Below are positions 52,539 to 64,000 of a stretch of 64,000 nt of DNA, one piece after another. The DNA lies in NCBI GenBank assembly GCA_964016885.1, contig OZ024741.1, positions 237,274,001 through 237,338,000 on the forward strand, written 5' to 3'. Below the pieces are notes generated by a model, which had not been told where the DNA came from, ran no database searches, and saw only the letters and a program-made list of their open reading frames with translations. Position numbers and translations under genes: made by a program. This stretch comes from Eledone cirrhosa (lineage: Eukaryota). Within the stretch, counting starts at the first letter, position 1, and each line of letters starts with the position of its first letter.

Positions 52539-53683
52539 GTCTTGTTAGCCTTGGCCTTTTCAAATTTTTATATGCAAGATATGATATATGTGAGCCATAA
52601 AAAAATAAGTGGGTGATTACCAAAAAAAGTTAATTAGTGCCACAAAGTCCTTAAAACTAGTATGAAAAAAAAATTGGTTTAAACTTTAAGGCCAATTCAG
52701 AAATCTAGTGTGTTTGAGTACATCAAACCAGTTGGTTTGACAATATTTTAGTTCTTTCATACTGAATATTTATATAAATTGGTGCTAGTATTTGGCAGTC
52801 ATATGTTAACCATTAAGCTATGAAATGTGGGTGCTGTAAAAAAAAAAATATATATAAAAAAAAAAACCATAGTCCACACCCACATAGCTACTACTACTGC
52901 CACTGACAGCTCAGGCCTCTCAGTCACCCTACCACGTTATCATTGTTTAATGGCTACCTTTCTTTCTAGCAAGGGTTGGGTGGATGATTAACAGACCCCA
53001 TTGGTATTCGGGTAGAGGGGGGCCTACATCTCGCTTACATGTAACCTGACACTCCAGCAAGTACTCAGACAGCCCAGCAGCCTGTGACTTGTTCACATAC
53101 AATCCTGTGCGTTTTATTTTGACTCCAACACTAGGGAGGTTGTCATGTCTTTGACACAGCTGAAGAGTTTTCCTGACCCTTTGTTTTTTTTGGGGGGAGT
53201 GGGGGTGCATCTAGTCATAAACATTTTTTTAATTACCGACCACTTTACAGACTGTACTGGGTATTTTTATCATGTAAATCACTAACACTAGAAAGGTTGT
53301 CATGACTTTTATACACCTGAAAAGTGCTCCCAACTCTTTATTTGGTGTGTTTTCTATGACTTGGTACCCTTCCAATGACTAACCCCTTAAGTGTACTGGT
53401 TGCATATATTGTGTAAATCACCAACACTAGAGAGGTTGTCATGTCTTTTGAGACAACTGAAAAGTCCTCCCAAACTTTTCTTAAAGTTTTTATTATTAAA
53501 TTACAAAGGGTGGCAGATTGGCAGAATTATTAGTGTCAGAAGAAATGCTTTGAAGTATTTCTTCCAGCTTTTTATGTTCTGAGTTCAAATTTCACCAAGT
53601 ACTGGGACAATTTAATCGACTTATCTCATTATTAAATGACAACTGTCTTTCATGTTTACAACCTTTGTTTTGTTCTTTTGTAG

Positions 53684-53853
53684 AATACAGTGCCTGGGAT
53701 GTGTGTCTGAAGCTGCGAGAATATGGTTTGCTTGCTAAACCTACCCATGGAGACATTATCAGATTCTCACCACCATTGGTGATCACAGAGTCCGAAATTC
53801 ACAAGTGTGTCGATATTATTGGTCATACCCTCAAAGAGTTTATCAGTCACTAA
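53684..53853 (+). CDS. OAT: Ornithine aminotransferase, last coding exon
   Basis: [33 protein letters not shown]...stop. Joined exons total 1311 nt (436 aa) with consistent phases. Confidence 0.97.
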
Positions 53854-54275
53854 AACAGCAGCATATGACCAACATTACGAAGTCTAACCATTCCTACTAG
53901 CAATTACTTTATTTCTCTAACCTGTCTGTCTCTCTCCTCACTTACACACACACACACCACCATCTCTGAATTGAACTGTTAAATTTGTAATTCCTTCCAC
54001 TTTCCAAACCACAACCTATTTTCCTTCTTCAACAATTTCCGGAGTCACCTTTCCAGGATTGCTATTTTAATGATTATTATTATTGTTGCTGTTTACTATT
54101 TTTAATCAAATAAGAAATATCAATTTGTTAAAAGTCAATGAAACTGACAAATATGGAGTTCAAAAACTCTCTAGATACATGCATACACTAGCTAATATTT
54201 TATAGAATTTGGCTATTACAGTATCATGGTTATCAATCTTCCTGTTAAAGTTTTGTGGTAAACATGTTTTTAATG

Positions 54276-54281
54276 AATAAA
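54276..54281 (+). terminator. Candidate OAT polyadenylation signal
   Basis: AATAAA ~420 nt after the stop, followed by a T/GT-rich tract. Confidence 0.55.
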
Positions 54282-57200
54282 AATCATTTTCTTTTATATT
54301 TTGTTATATTGTTGCTCTCACCTGTCATCACTATCAATGCTCTCATCTCTTGTCACTGTCACTGCTGTCATCTAGTTGCTGTTTAAATTTGAAATTGAAA
54401 TTCTCCTGCGTCCTCAATATAACTGGGCTAGACATTGTTTTGGTTTCTATGGCTGGATTCCAACCACTTTACAGTGTAGACTAGGAGCATTTTTCATTGC
54501 ACTAGCATTACCACTTTACAGGGTGGACTGGGAGCATTTTATTGTGGCACCAACACAACCACTTTACTAGGTGGATTGTTTTTTCTTTTGTCATGACACC
54601 AACACAATCACTTTGCCAAGTGGATTATGTGCTTTTTATCAATGCACCAACACTACCACTTTTACAGGGCAGGCTGTGGTGTATTTTATCATGACAAAGG
54701 CTGAATAATTATAATAATAGCTTACATAAGTACAATGCCTATACTTTTAGGAGACTGATATTGTTGATTAAATCAACTCAGTACTTGACTGCTATTTATT
54801 TGAAAGACTTAGACAAATACTGCAAGGTATTTCATCCAGGAAAGAATGAGCTCCTGTTGGTTTCAATGCTGAATGTTCAAGATATTCAATCAACAGAACA
54901 GACACATTCTCAGAGACTTGGTGTGACAAGGTTGGTTCTTTGAATTACATGTACAATCCATCTGACTAGCTTTCCAACAGTTTCCATTTACCTAATTTCA
55001 CTCACAAGGCATTGTTCAGCGTGAATTTATGGTAAATGACACTTGTCCAAGATCGACCTGGAGACCTAATGTTTGCAAAGTGAAAGCTTTAACTATTATC
55101 TTAATTTTTTTTTCTTTACTAAGTTAGAGAAGTGGGAAATAGTGCCCATAACCTGAGACTGGGTGGAAGTTACCCTCAATCCAGAATTCTTGCAACAGAG
55201 TGGACTTGATTAATGACACCCAAGGACCAGGTAGGAGTTTTAAACCATGAACAGTCCCTATGACTGGCTCCCACACAGGAATAAACCTTTACCTGGTTGC
55301 TCCGTCTGCTAGAAATACAAACCATATTTCTCAAATCATAGCCTATTCTGAAAAAAAAAAAAGATACATTATACAATGCAGTCCTAGATACACAGAAGAA
55401 AAGATGGGATGGCCACAGTTGGATGAAGTTTGATCATAGGTTTGTTTGATCAGGGTTAACCTGGAGCTAAGCAACCAAATTTCTCTCAAAGCTCTGCTTA
55501 ACAGAAGGCTAGGGTAGAAGACACTTGCCTATGGTATTGTGCAGTAGGCTCAAACCTGAAACCACATAGCTGAAAGTGAACTTCTTAGTGACACATCCAT
55601 TTTACCAAGATTAAATGCTGTACTGGATTTGTTCTGGATCTTTACATTCCAAGGTCTACTGGGGTTGGTATAATCGACTTTTCCCTGCCCACAAATTGCT
55701 GGACTTGTGCCTAAATTAGAAATTATCATAATCATAATTTCTATCAGTATAAAACCAGATTTTAGAGGATGGGTACAGCTGATTACTTGACTGATACTTT
55801 ACCAAGCCCTATGATCATGGAAGGCAAAGTTGACCTTGGCAGGGTTTGAACTCAGCAGGTAAAGAATTGGAACAATCCACCACACTAATAATGAGGCCAC
55901 CAATTTTGTCGAGAGAACATTGGTTATATTCACCTCAGTACTTAATTGGTATGTTATTTTATTGACTCCAGAAGGATAAAAGGTAAAATTGAACTCAGAA
56001 TGGGAACATTTTAGCTAAATGCTGCAAAGCACTTTATCTGACACTCTAACTCTGCTAATCCAACATGCTTATAATTCTTTTAACATTAGCACAAGGCCAG
56101 TAATTTGTAGGAAGAGGAAAAGTACAATTACTTGTACTTTTTTTTTTATTGACTCCAGGATGAAAGGCAAAGGTGACCTTTTGAACTCGGAACAATCCAT
56201 CACACTAATAATTGTTTCTACTTTTGGCACAAGGCCAGCAATTATCCCAGTGTATTACTGGTACTTTGCCTTTCATCCTTACAGGGTCGATAAAATAAAG
56301 TTAACCTCGGCGGTATTTGAACTCAGTCCGTAACTGTGCTGCAAAGCATGGCATCCGACCCTCAACCGATACTGCTAATCCACTGCCCTACATCACACTA
56401 ATAATAATAATAATAATTGTCTACATTTGGCACAAGGGCAGCAATTTGAAAGGAAGCGATAAGTCGATCAAATCAACCCCAGTTGATGCTTTATTTTATT
56501 TATCCTGTAAGGACAAAAGGCAAAGCTAACTTCAGTGGGGCTTGAACTCAGAATGTAAAGGGCTGTAACTATATGCCACAAAGCATGTTGTCCAACACTC
56601 TACCGATACTGCCAATCCACAATAATAAAAACAACAGTAGTAATTCTACCAGTGTAAGACCACTTTATTGTATTGACTATCATTTCTTAACTTAGTCCAA
56701 TCCAACTGGTAAAGATTTCAACAGTAAACTCTGCCTCTCTGGGATCAAGTTAGTGTATGGCACCAAAAGCAAACAATGACATTGACAAAAATGGGATCAT
56801 TGAATATGATGGCTTCTATGGAACTGGAAAGAGGGAAATAAAAACATAACAAAAACTATGAGTGATTGAAGGGGGTTGCATAGTTACAGATGTCTTTTTT
56901 TTTTTATCTTGATTAGTAGCAGCATGTATAAGAAAGGAGGACACTACACCACATAACTGGGTGCTGATAGATTGCAAAGATGAGGTGTTACCACAATTGA
57001 GACTGGGATAGTTGGTGCAGAGCTTCTCAAACTAGAGGATGGGGTTCCAATGTAACAATTAATAATAATTAATGAAGGTAAGGAATAGGTCAATGTTAGA
57101 TATTAATGTTCCAAATAGGGAAAGTACTTAACTCCAATGTAACAGTATTAAGCAAATGAGTGGTAAAAAGTGAAAACAGGGTTATGGGAGTGGTTCAGGG

Positions 57201-58221
57201 TTTATGGGAGTGGTAGCAACTCACTCAGGTTTATGGCACAGATGGGATACCTCTGGTCAAAATGAGGAACTTTTACAAAGAAAATCTGGAGGTTGTGATA
57301 TTTACACAATGATATAAACAAAACACTATTAGGGGTAAAAAAAGCTAAAAACTTCATTTAAGAATTTCACCTCCTTATTTGTTGCTTAACAGAAACAAAT
57401 TTCAGTCCAGGTAATGGGTATTCAGGTAATAAGTCACTTCCTCTGCTATGTAGATAAGAGTTCAGTAACTTGTTTAAAGTCACAGCTCAATTTTTGTGAT
57501 GTGATATGAAGCAAAAAATATTTGAGCCCTGATTAAAACATGAGTAGAAGTGACAGACTCTCACTATAGTACTGATGACATGTTAGTTGTTGTTACTGCA
57601 CATAAACACACCTGGTGATGTTTTAATATAGTATACATACACCTGCTCACATGTTGTTAGTTGTTACAACATACACCAACCGACACATTAGTTGTTATTA
57701 ACAGCATATGCACATTTGTTGCTATTACAGAATATACATACACCTGCTGACATGGATGTTTGTTGTTATAGCACATACACATTTGCACAGGTTTTGTCAG
57801 CCTCCTATGAAATTGCATCTTACAGCTTTCTTGGATGTTTCAATGAGGAGGTCACAGTAGTATCGTGTCTCCATTTTTCTGATGAGCAGGTGGGATTTAA
57901 ACTCAGAACACACAGAGCTGGAACAGATTCTCCAAGGCATTCTGTCCACTGCTTTAACAATCCTGCCAATCCACTGTCCTGAACTAATACTTTATTTATT
58001 GACTACAAAATGATGAAAGGCAAAGTTGACTTTGTCAGGATTTGAGCTCAGAATAGCAGAGCCTGAACAAATACTGAAAGTCATTTGGCCCCATCTCTAA
58101 TAATTCTGCCATGTTGGCTTCTCATACAAAACCCACCCAGCTCTGATTGATAAAGATTCTCTCAGCAGTATGACCCACAAATACACCAATTTTTCTTTCT
58201 ACCATTTCTATTAACTTTTAA

Positions 58222-58420
58222 CCCTTCAGCTTTTAAACCAGCCATATCCAGCCAGAATTCCTTCACCTCTTTCTGTTCAAACCAGCTACTCATACTGATG
58301 TTAAAATACTGTTCTCAAAATAAATAACATCAAAATCTAATAGATTCGATATTAGGTGAGATAATAAAGTCTTTACTGTGAAAATATAACTATATATAGA
58401 GTAATGTAAATGCTAAAGGG
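58222..58420. mobile_element. piggyBac-type MITE (same family as 29181-29398)
   Basis: TTAA-CCCTTCAGC...TGCTAAAGGG-TTAA. Confidence 0.72.
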
Positions 58421-58914
58421 TTAATCCTTCTCTTGGCAGCTTTACAATGTTTTAAACTAGACACTTTACCCCAATTGTCCTTTTACTAATCCCTATAAAG
58501 TTTTTCCTACAAAAGTTCAAATCTAAGAACTGTGTTAGTTCTTACCATATTAGGGTTTGTACTGGCCATCCAGTTAAATGAAAAACATCTATTTAAAAAG
58601 GTGTATCTTCAAACTAGCATCAATTATTACTTGTAAGACAGCTTCATATCATGTCATTAATGTCCTTGGGAAGGGCATGAATGCCACCACATGTTCCCCC
58701 TTGAAATCAGCAGTGAAAGTAATCCATTGATATATAATTCTGAGATGGTTTGAATATTTATCATAGTATGTAACATGAAATAACGGTTTCTACTTAAGGC
58801 ACAAGGCCAGCAATTACCCAGTGCATTACTGGTACTTTATTTTATCGACCCCGTAAGGATGAAAGGCAAAAGTCAACCTCGGCGGGATTTGAACTCAGAT
58901 GTAACATGAAATAA

Positions 58915-59218
58915 CATACTGAAGAGTGTGAAGGCTACTAATTATGGGACCATAGTGAACATATTGTAGGGTTTTAAGGTTTATTAATTAGCAGATAACT
59001 GAACATATTGTTGAGTGCAACAATATCTAATTAGAGGATCATAGTGAATATATTGAAGAGTGAGGACTACTAGTTAGGGATCACAATGAACATATTGAAA
59101 AGTTTAAGGTTTACTAATTAAAGGGTCACAATAAACATACTAAAAAGGGGAAGGACTACTAGTTAGGGATCACAGTGAAAATACTGAAGGGTGTAAGATT
59201 TAGTAATTAGGGTCCACA
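58915..59218. repeat. ~37-bp degenerate tandem repeat (ACTAATTAGGGATCACAGTGAACATATTGAAG...)
   Basis: About 7-8 units. Confidence 0.75.
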
Positions 59219-59432
59219 TAGCAATTACAGATTATATTGACTTAGGCCAGGCTTGAACTCTATTGTTTTTTATGAATTTATTTATTTATTTTTTTGAAAG
59301 AGCTATAATTACTTCAGAGGTATGATGGGATTAAACCTGCAGTTTCTATTTCAAAATTTTAATGAGGGAGTTATTAGGTAAGGTTGTATGTATGTGTATA
59401 TATTCATGTAAATATACATGTATGCATACATG

Positions 59433-59464
<32 letters not shown>

Positions 59465-59706
59465 AAGAGATATTGGGCAAGGTGGGATGTATATATTAGA
59501 AAAATGAATTTGTTGATAAGGTGGAAGTGTGTGTATATATGTATATATACATCCTACAGTAAGAGTAATGTGTGTATGTATGTATACAAATTTACAGCCT
59601 GTTACATTGGAGAGAACAGATACATCATAAATTAGCATATTGCATGAGATGAAAAATTCTCAATATATACTGTGTTGGAAAGGTTCATCATTGCCAGAGC
59701 CAATTC

Positions 59707-61497
59707 TTAAGAAATATGTTGCTGTTGTTGTTGATGAATGTGATGATGATGATGTTGCTGTTGGTGGTTAATGTTAGTATTGTTAAAGCTGCCTGAATCC
59801 ATGGTGACAGCAGTAGGACCATGTGTCTTCTTGTGGTGTCTCAGTTCATCAGGACTGGCAAATTTCAGGTCACAGTTGTTACACTGGAAAGGTTTTTCAC
59901 CTGTGTGAGACCTACGATGTACGAGGAGTTTATCTCGTCTAGCAAATTGAAGTAGACAGAACTCACACTGGTAGGGTCGTTCACCTGTGTGGGACCGTCG
60001 GTGAATGGCTAGGTAATGGCGATGGGCAAAGTTTTTTAAGCAGATATCACAGTTGTACGGCTTTTCCCGAGTGTGAGTACGATGGTGAATCTTGAGAGTG
60101 TCTTGTCGAACAAACTGCTTAAAGCACACCTCACATTTATATGGCCGATCTCCAGTATGGATGCGACGATGGATCTGCAAATAGTCTCTTTGAGAAAAAT
60201 GCTTCAGGCAAATGTCACAGCCAAAAGGTTTTTCTCCTGTGTGACAGCGTTTATGTGTCGCTAGGTAGCTCTTGCGGGCAAACAGTTTCAAGCAGATGTC
60301 ACAATGGAATCGTTTCCGACGAACATGAGTTCGTTTATGAACCTGCAGCTTACTCTGTTGTGTAAACTGTTTTGTGCAATGCGTACACTGGAACGGCTTC
60401 TCACCAGTGTGCATCCGACGGTGAATTTGTAATGTATCACGGCGTGCAAATTTCTGAATGCAAAAGTCACATTGGAATGGTTTCTCTCCTGTATGTGACC
60501 TCTTGTGGACAACCAAATATTCTTTTTGGGCAAATTGCTTGAAGCAAATATCACACTGAAAGGGTTTCTCTCCAGTGTGTGTCCTCAAGTGAATTCTTAA
60601 AGTATCCCTGCGTGCAAACTGTTTCAAACATAACTCACACTGGAATGGTCTTTCCCCAGTATGTGTTCTTCGGTGCATTTGCATTAGATATTCCTGTGCA
60701 AACTCTTTCCCACAAAAGTCACAAAACAGTTGTTTTTGACGAGGTTTAATGGGCTGCTGCTGCTGCTGCTGCTGTTGTTGTTGTTGTTGCTGTTGTTGTT
60801 GTTGCTGCTGTTGTTGTTGCCGTGGCTGGTTATGAAGTTGTTGCTGCTGCTGTTGTTGCTGCTGCTGCTGCTGTTGTGGTTGTTGATGTTGATGTGCCTG
60901 GTGATTCATCGAAGATGTCTTACATGCTGACTGAGGCTGCATCTGTGGTGAACACTTCCTCTGTTGACAACAGTTTGAGTTAGAACAACAACTTTGATAA
61001 GAGGAACCAGATTTATTAGAATTGCTCGTAGCTGATTTAGGCAACTGGTTTTGCTGTTGGTTATGATGTTGATGTTGATGATGATGTACTTGCTGTTGAT
61101 GATGATGATGTTTTGAAGAAGGCAGAGGTGGAGATGCAGATGTTGTGGCTTGATTGTGTTCTCCACCTGTTCCTGTTGTATTATGGACACTACGGTCATC
61201 TTCTGCCCTGTCAACACTGGCCAAAGTAGTAGCTGGTAGATAGCAGGGCTGACTGGTGAACATCTGTTTGCCTGAGTAAATGTTGGTTGGAAAGACAGTA
61301 TCTGCCGTGATGTATGGAACTCTCTGAGACTGCATGCTGTGCTCTTGTGGGAAATGTTTACCAGAAATAGCGCCATGAAACATTAAACATTCACCCATTG
61401 GTGCCACTCTCTGGCTGCTTTGTAAATTGTGTCCTTGGGGAAACTGCAGACCACAAACGGTATCATGAATATTCTTCATTCCTGCAGAACGATCCAT
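59707..61497 (-). CDS. C2H2 zinc-finger transcription factor (11 fingers, polyQ/polyH tracts), single coding exon
   Basis: Intact 596-aa ORF with CxxC-x12-HxxxH units and TGE(K/R)P linkers; in-frame stop upstream of the ATG. Confidence 0.95.
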   Translation of the reverse strand: MDRSAGMKNIHDTVCGLQFPQGHNLQSSQRVAPMGECLMFHGAISGKHFPQEHSMQSQRVPYITADTVFPTNIYSGKQMFTSQPCYLPATTLASVDRAEDDRSVHNTTGTGGEHNQATTSASPPLPSSKHHHHQQQVHHHQHQHHNQQQNQLPKSATSNSNKSGSSYQSCCSNSNCCQQRKCSPQMQPQSACKTSSMNHQAHQHQQPQQQQQQQQQQQQQLHNQPRQQQQQQQQQQQQQQQQQQQQQQPIKPRQKQLFCDFCGKEFAQEYLMQMHRRTHTGERPFQCELCLKQFARRDTLRIHLRTHTGEKPFQCDICFKQFAQKEYLVVHKRSHTGEKPFQCDFCIQKFARRDTLQIHRRMHTGEKPFQCTHCTKQFTQQSKLQVHKRTHVRRKRFHCDICLKLFARKSYLATHKRCHTGEKPFGCDICLKHFSQRDYLQIHRRIHTGDRPYKCEVCFKQFVRQDTLKIHHRTHTREKPYNCDICLKNFAHRHYLAIHRRSHTGERPYQCEFCLLQFARRDKLLVHRRSHTGEKPFQCNNCDLKFASPDELRHHKKTHGPTAVTMDSGSFNNTNINHQQQHHHHHIHQQQQQHIS

Positions 61498-63002
61498 TCT
61501 GCTATGTTTTATATGTATCTAAATAAAAGTTGGTATGGATTAAAATAAGGTTGATCTTGATGTAGGTAAAAACTTCTATGGATTAAATGAAGTTTTGACT
61601 GAATTCAGATAAAAGTTTCTAAAATTTCTTTGGATTACAAGTTGGTATGGATTGAAATATAATTTGGCTTGTCTGCTGGGAAAACTGTTAATCTCATATG
61701 TACCAGTTGTTTACATCTTGCAGAAAGTCGATATATTAAATCTGTACATGTATATTTAAGTGGGTATAATTAGGTATTAACTGAGTGTTAATTCAGGTGT
61801 CATTGAGTATATATAGCTATGAATAAGGCCTTTGTCCATAGCTTTCATTTCACTGATATTACCAGTCCCTTCTGTTTGTGGTTTGTGTTAGGTCACCCAT
61901 AACTAGTTGGTCACCATAGTTACCATGGTTGTTGCTGCTGTTGAAAGGCACAATGGCTGGGTAGATAATGTGTGACCCCTAACTTTCAAATTATTATTAT
62001 TAGTGCCTGTTGTTGCTGTTGTTTTGTGGTGTCTGTAATCTTATTATATGATAAATATAACTAAACACCATGCTTCTATAACTGTTAAGTCATCTGTAAT
62101 TAGAATGTCCCTATAGTTAGTAAGTGATTACAAACTGACAGTTACTGTTGTAATTGATGATGATGATGATCACCTGCAATCAACAAGTTATCATTGTGAC
62201 CAGGTAGCACTGATTGTTCCTTTTAATGACATCAGACACCAAACAGATTTGAACAGAAATTTGTGCATTAAAAATAAAAGAATGTAACACTTCCACAGTC
62301 AATTTTCAATTTGTAGCCAATTGGGATGATATCACACACAACATGGTATCGTGGTATATCCTACCAGTATCCAATGTTCATCATGATATCATGTGATATA
62401 TATCTCAACAGTATCCAATTTCCAACAAACTCACTACTAATCAGCATCTGTAATTGATAAAAAAAAACCATGGTTATTTAACAAATGAAAAGGGGGCCAT
62501 AGTGAGGTAGAGATGGTTAGATGTTGTATTAAATATCAAAGATGACAGATACTCTATGATGAGTGTTCAATTGAATATGCAACTCATTAAATTAATGTTT
62601 AAGTGGCTGAATATTTCACAGACACATTGAATTAGCATGATGTAACAAGACTGGGCCTTTGAATTACAAATACAATTCATTCTATAGGTTTCCCTAATTT
62701 CCATCCATCCAGTTTCATTCACAAAGCTTGAGTAGACTCAAGGCTACAGTAAAAGTCACTTCCGCAATATGCCACACAGAAGTATAAAATCCAGGACCAT
62801 TGGATTGCAAAATGAACTTCTTAATCAATCAGCCATACATACATTTACATAAAACAAGTATGCAAACTATGGGTACACAAGAGATATAGTGGGATCTCAG
62901 GAAGTTTAGCTAAAGATATAGGTTTTACATGAAGCCATTGAATCAGAGCAGTAAGCAGCAAACAACCACAGGAAACAAGCACTATCAAATTCCAGGAAGG
63001 TT

Positions 63003-63950
63003 TAGTAGATGTAGTAGACAGCTTCTGCTACCTGGGTGACCAAATTAGCAGCGGGGGTGGATGTTCTGAAAGTACAGCAACCAGAGTGAGAATGGGATAG
63101 AAGAAGTTCAGAGAGCTACTGCTAATGCTAGCTACAAAAGGCTTTTCCTTCAAAATGAAAGGCAGACTGTATGATGTGTGCATACGAACAGCAATGTTGC
63201 ATGGTAGTGAGAACTGGACGCTGTGTGCAAAAGACTTGCGTAGATTGGAAAGAAATGAAACTTGTATGCTCAGTTGGATGTGTAATAGTAATTTACATGA
63301 ACGGCAAAGCATCAACGAACTGAGAGAGGAATTGAATGCAGTGTACCAGAGAGGAGACTACGTTGGTATGGACATGTAATGCATATGAAGGATGACAGCT
63401 GTATAAAAAGGTGCAGAGCACTCAAAGTTGATGGAAGCCTTAGAGTGGGGAGACCCAGGAAGACTTGGGATGAGGTGATAAAAGCTGACCTTACTCAATT
63501 TCACTTCTCAAAGACGATGGCACAGGACCGGGATCTCTGGCGTTATGCAGTAATACAGAAGACTCGCCTTCCCATGGGTACAAGTTGAAGCATACATATA
63601 TATAGTATGCACCACCCACACCCCACCTTCCCATACCTCTCTAATGAGGACAGGCTGTAGCATACATCCAGTGAAGCCTCAAGCCCACACTGTAAAGTGA
63701 TAGTGTAGGTGTCACTACAAAATGCACCCAATCCACTGTAAAGTGGTCATGTCGGTGTCACGACAAAAAGCATCCAGCATACACTGTAAATGTGGTTGAC
63801 ATTAGGAAGGACATCCAGCAGTAGAAACAAAGCCAGAAACAGTTCTATGTGAGCAAGGTATGGTCACCTGACCCAACTTGCCCCAAACGGAACAACTCGT
63901 CTAACCCATGCTAGCGTGGAACGTTGGACGTTAAACGGTGATGTTGATGA
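63003..63950 (+). mobile_element. 5'-truncated RTE LINE with 3' UTR (family of 42451-46718)
   Basis: YLGDQISSGGGCSES, AMLHGSENW, GRPRKTW; ends GTTAAACGGTGATGTTGATGA. Confidence 0.88.
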
Positions 63951-64000
63951 TATATATATATTAGGTGATTCAGTAGATTCGTCGTTTAGTGAGGAAAGTA

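Noticed and set aside
24758-57890. Other CTGANGA matches (e.g. ~24758, 35740, 42143, 48912, 50613, 57879) as hammerheads
   Set aside because: No correctly placed stem II-GAAA-stem III-NUH with a pairing stem I; most lie in LINE, SINE or OAT coding sequence.

Overview
AT-rich, microsatellite- and repeat-dense animal genomic DNA. Its SINE/RTE content and polyQ C2H2 gene suggest a coleoid cephalopod (octopus-like); this is inference only. Host genes: a 7-coding-exon ornithine aminotransferase (OAT, +, 31704-53853, 436 aa) and a convergent single-ORF polyQ 11-finger C2H2 zinc-finger gene (-, 59707-61497). Mobile DNA: a 5'-truncated Ty3/Gypsy LTR element with a -1 frameshift signal, a Chapaev3-like DNA transposon with TIRs and a 3-bp TSD, RTE LINEs (one near full length, two 5'-inverted), CR1/L2 and CRE fragments, MITEs and many SINEs. 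The most interesting signal is non-coding. There is a ~420-bp tandem retrozyme-like element with type I hammerhead ribozymes (5888-7327). There are also several other hammerhead/palindrome insertions beside microsatellites. Six short elements share a covarying hairpin, A(C/T)TC-stem-loop-stem-2-nt bulge-GA(G/A)T-RC; in four of them it lies just 3' of a hammerhead. This suggests a Penelope-mobilised small-ribozyme system with a conserved recognition hairpin. Coordinates were read by eye; repeat boundaries are approximate.
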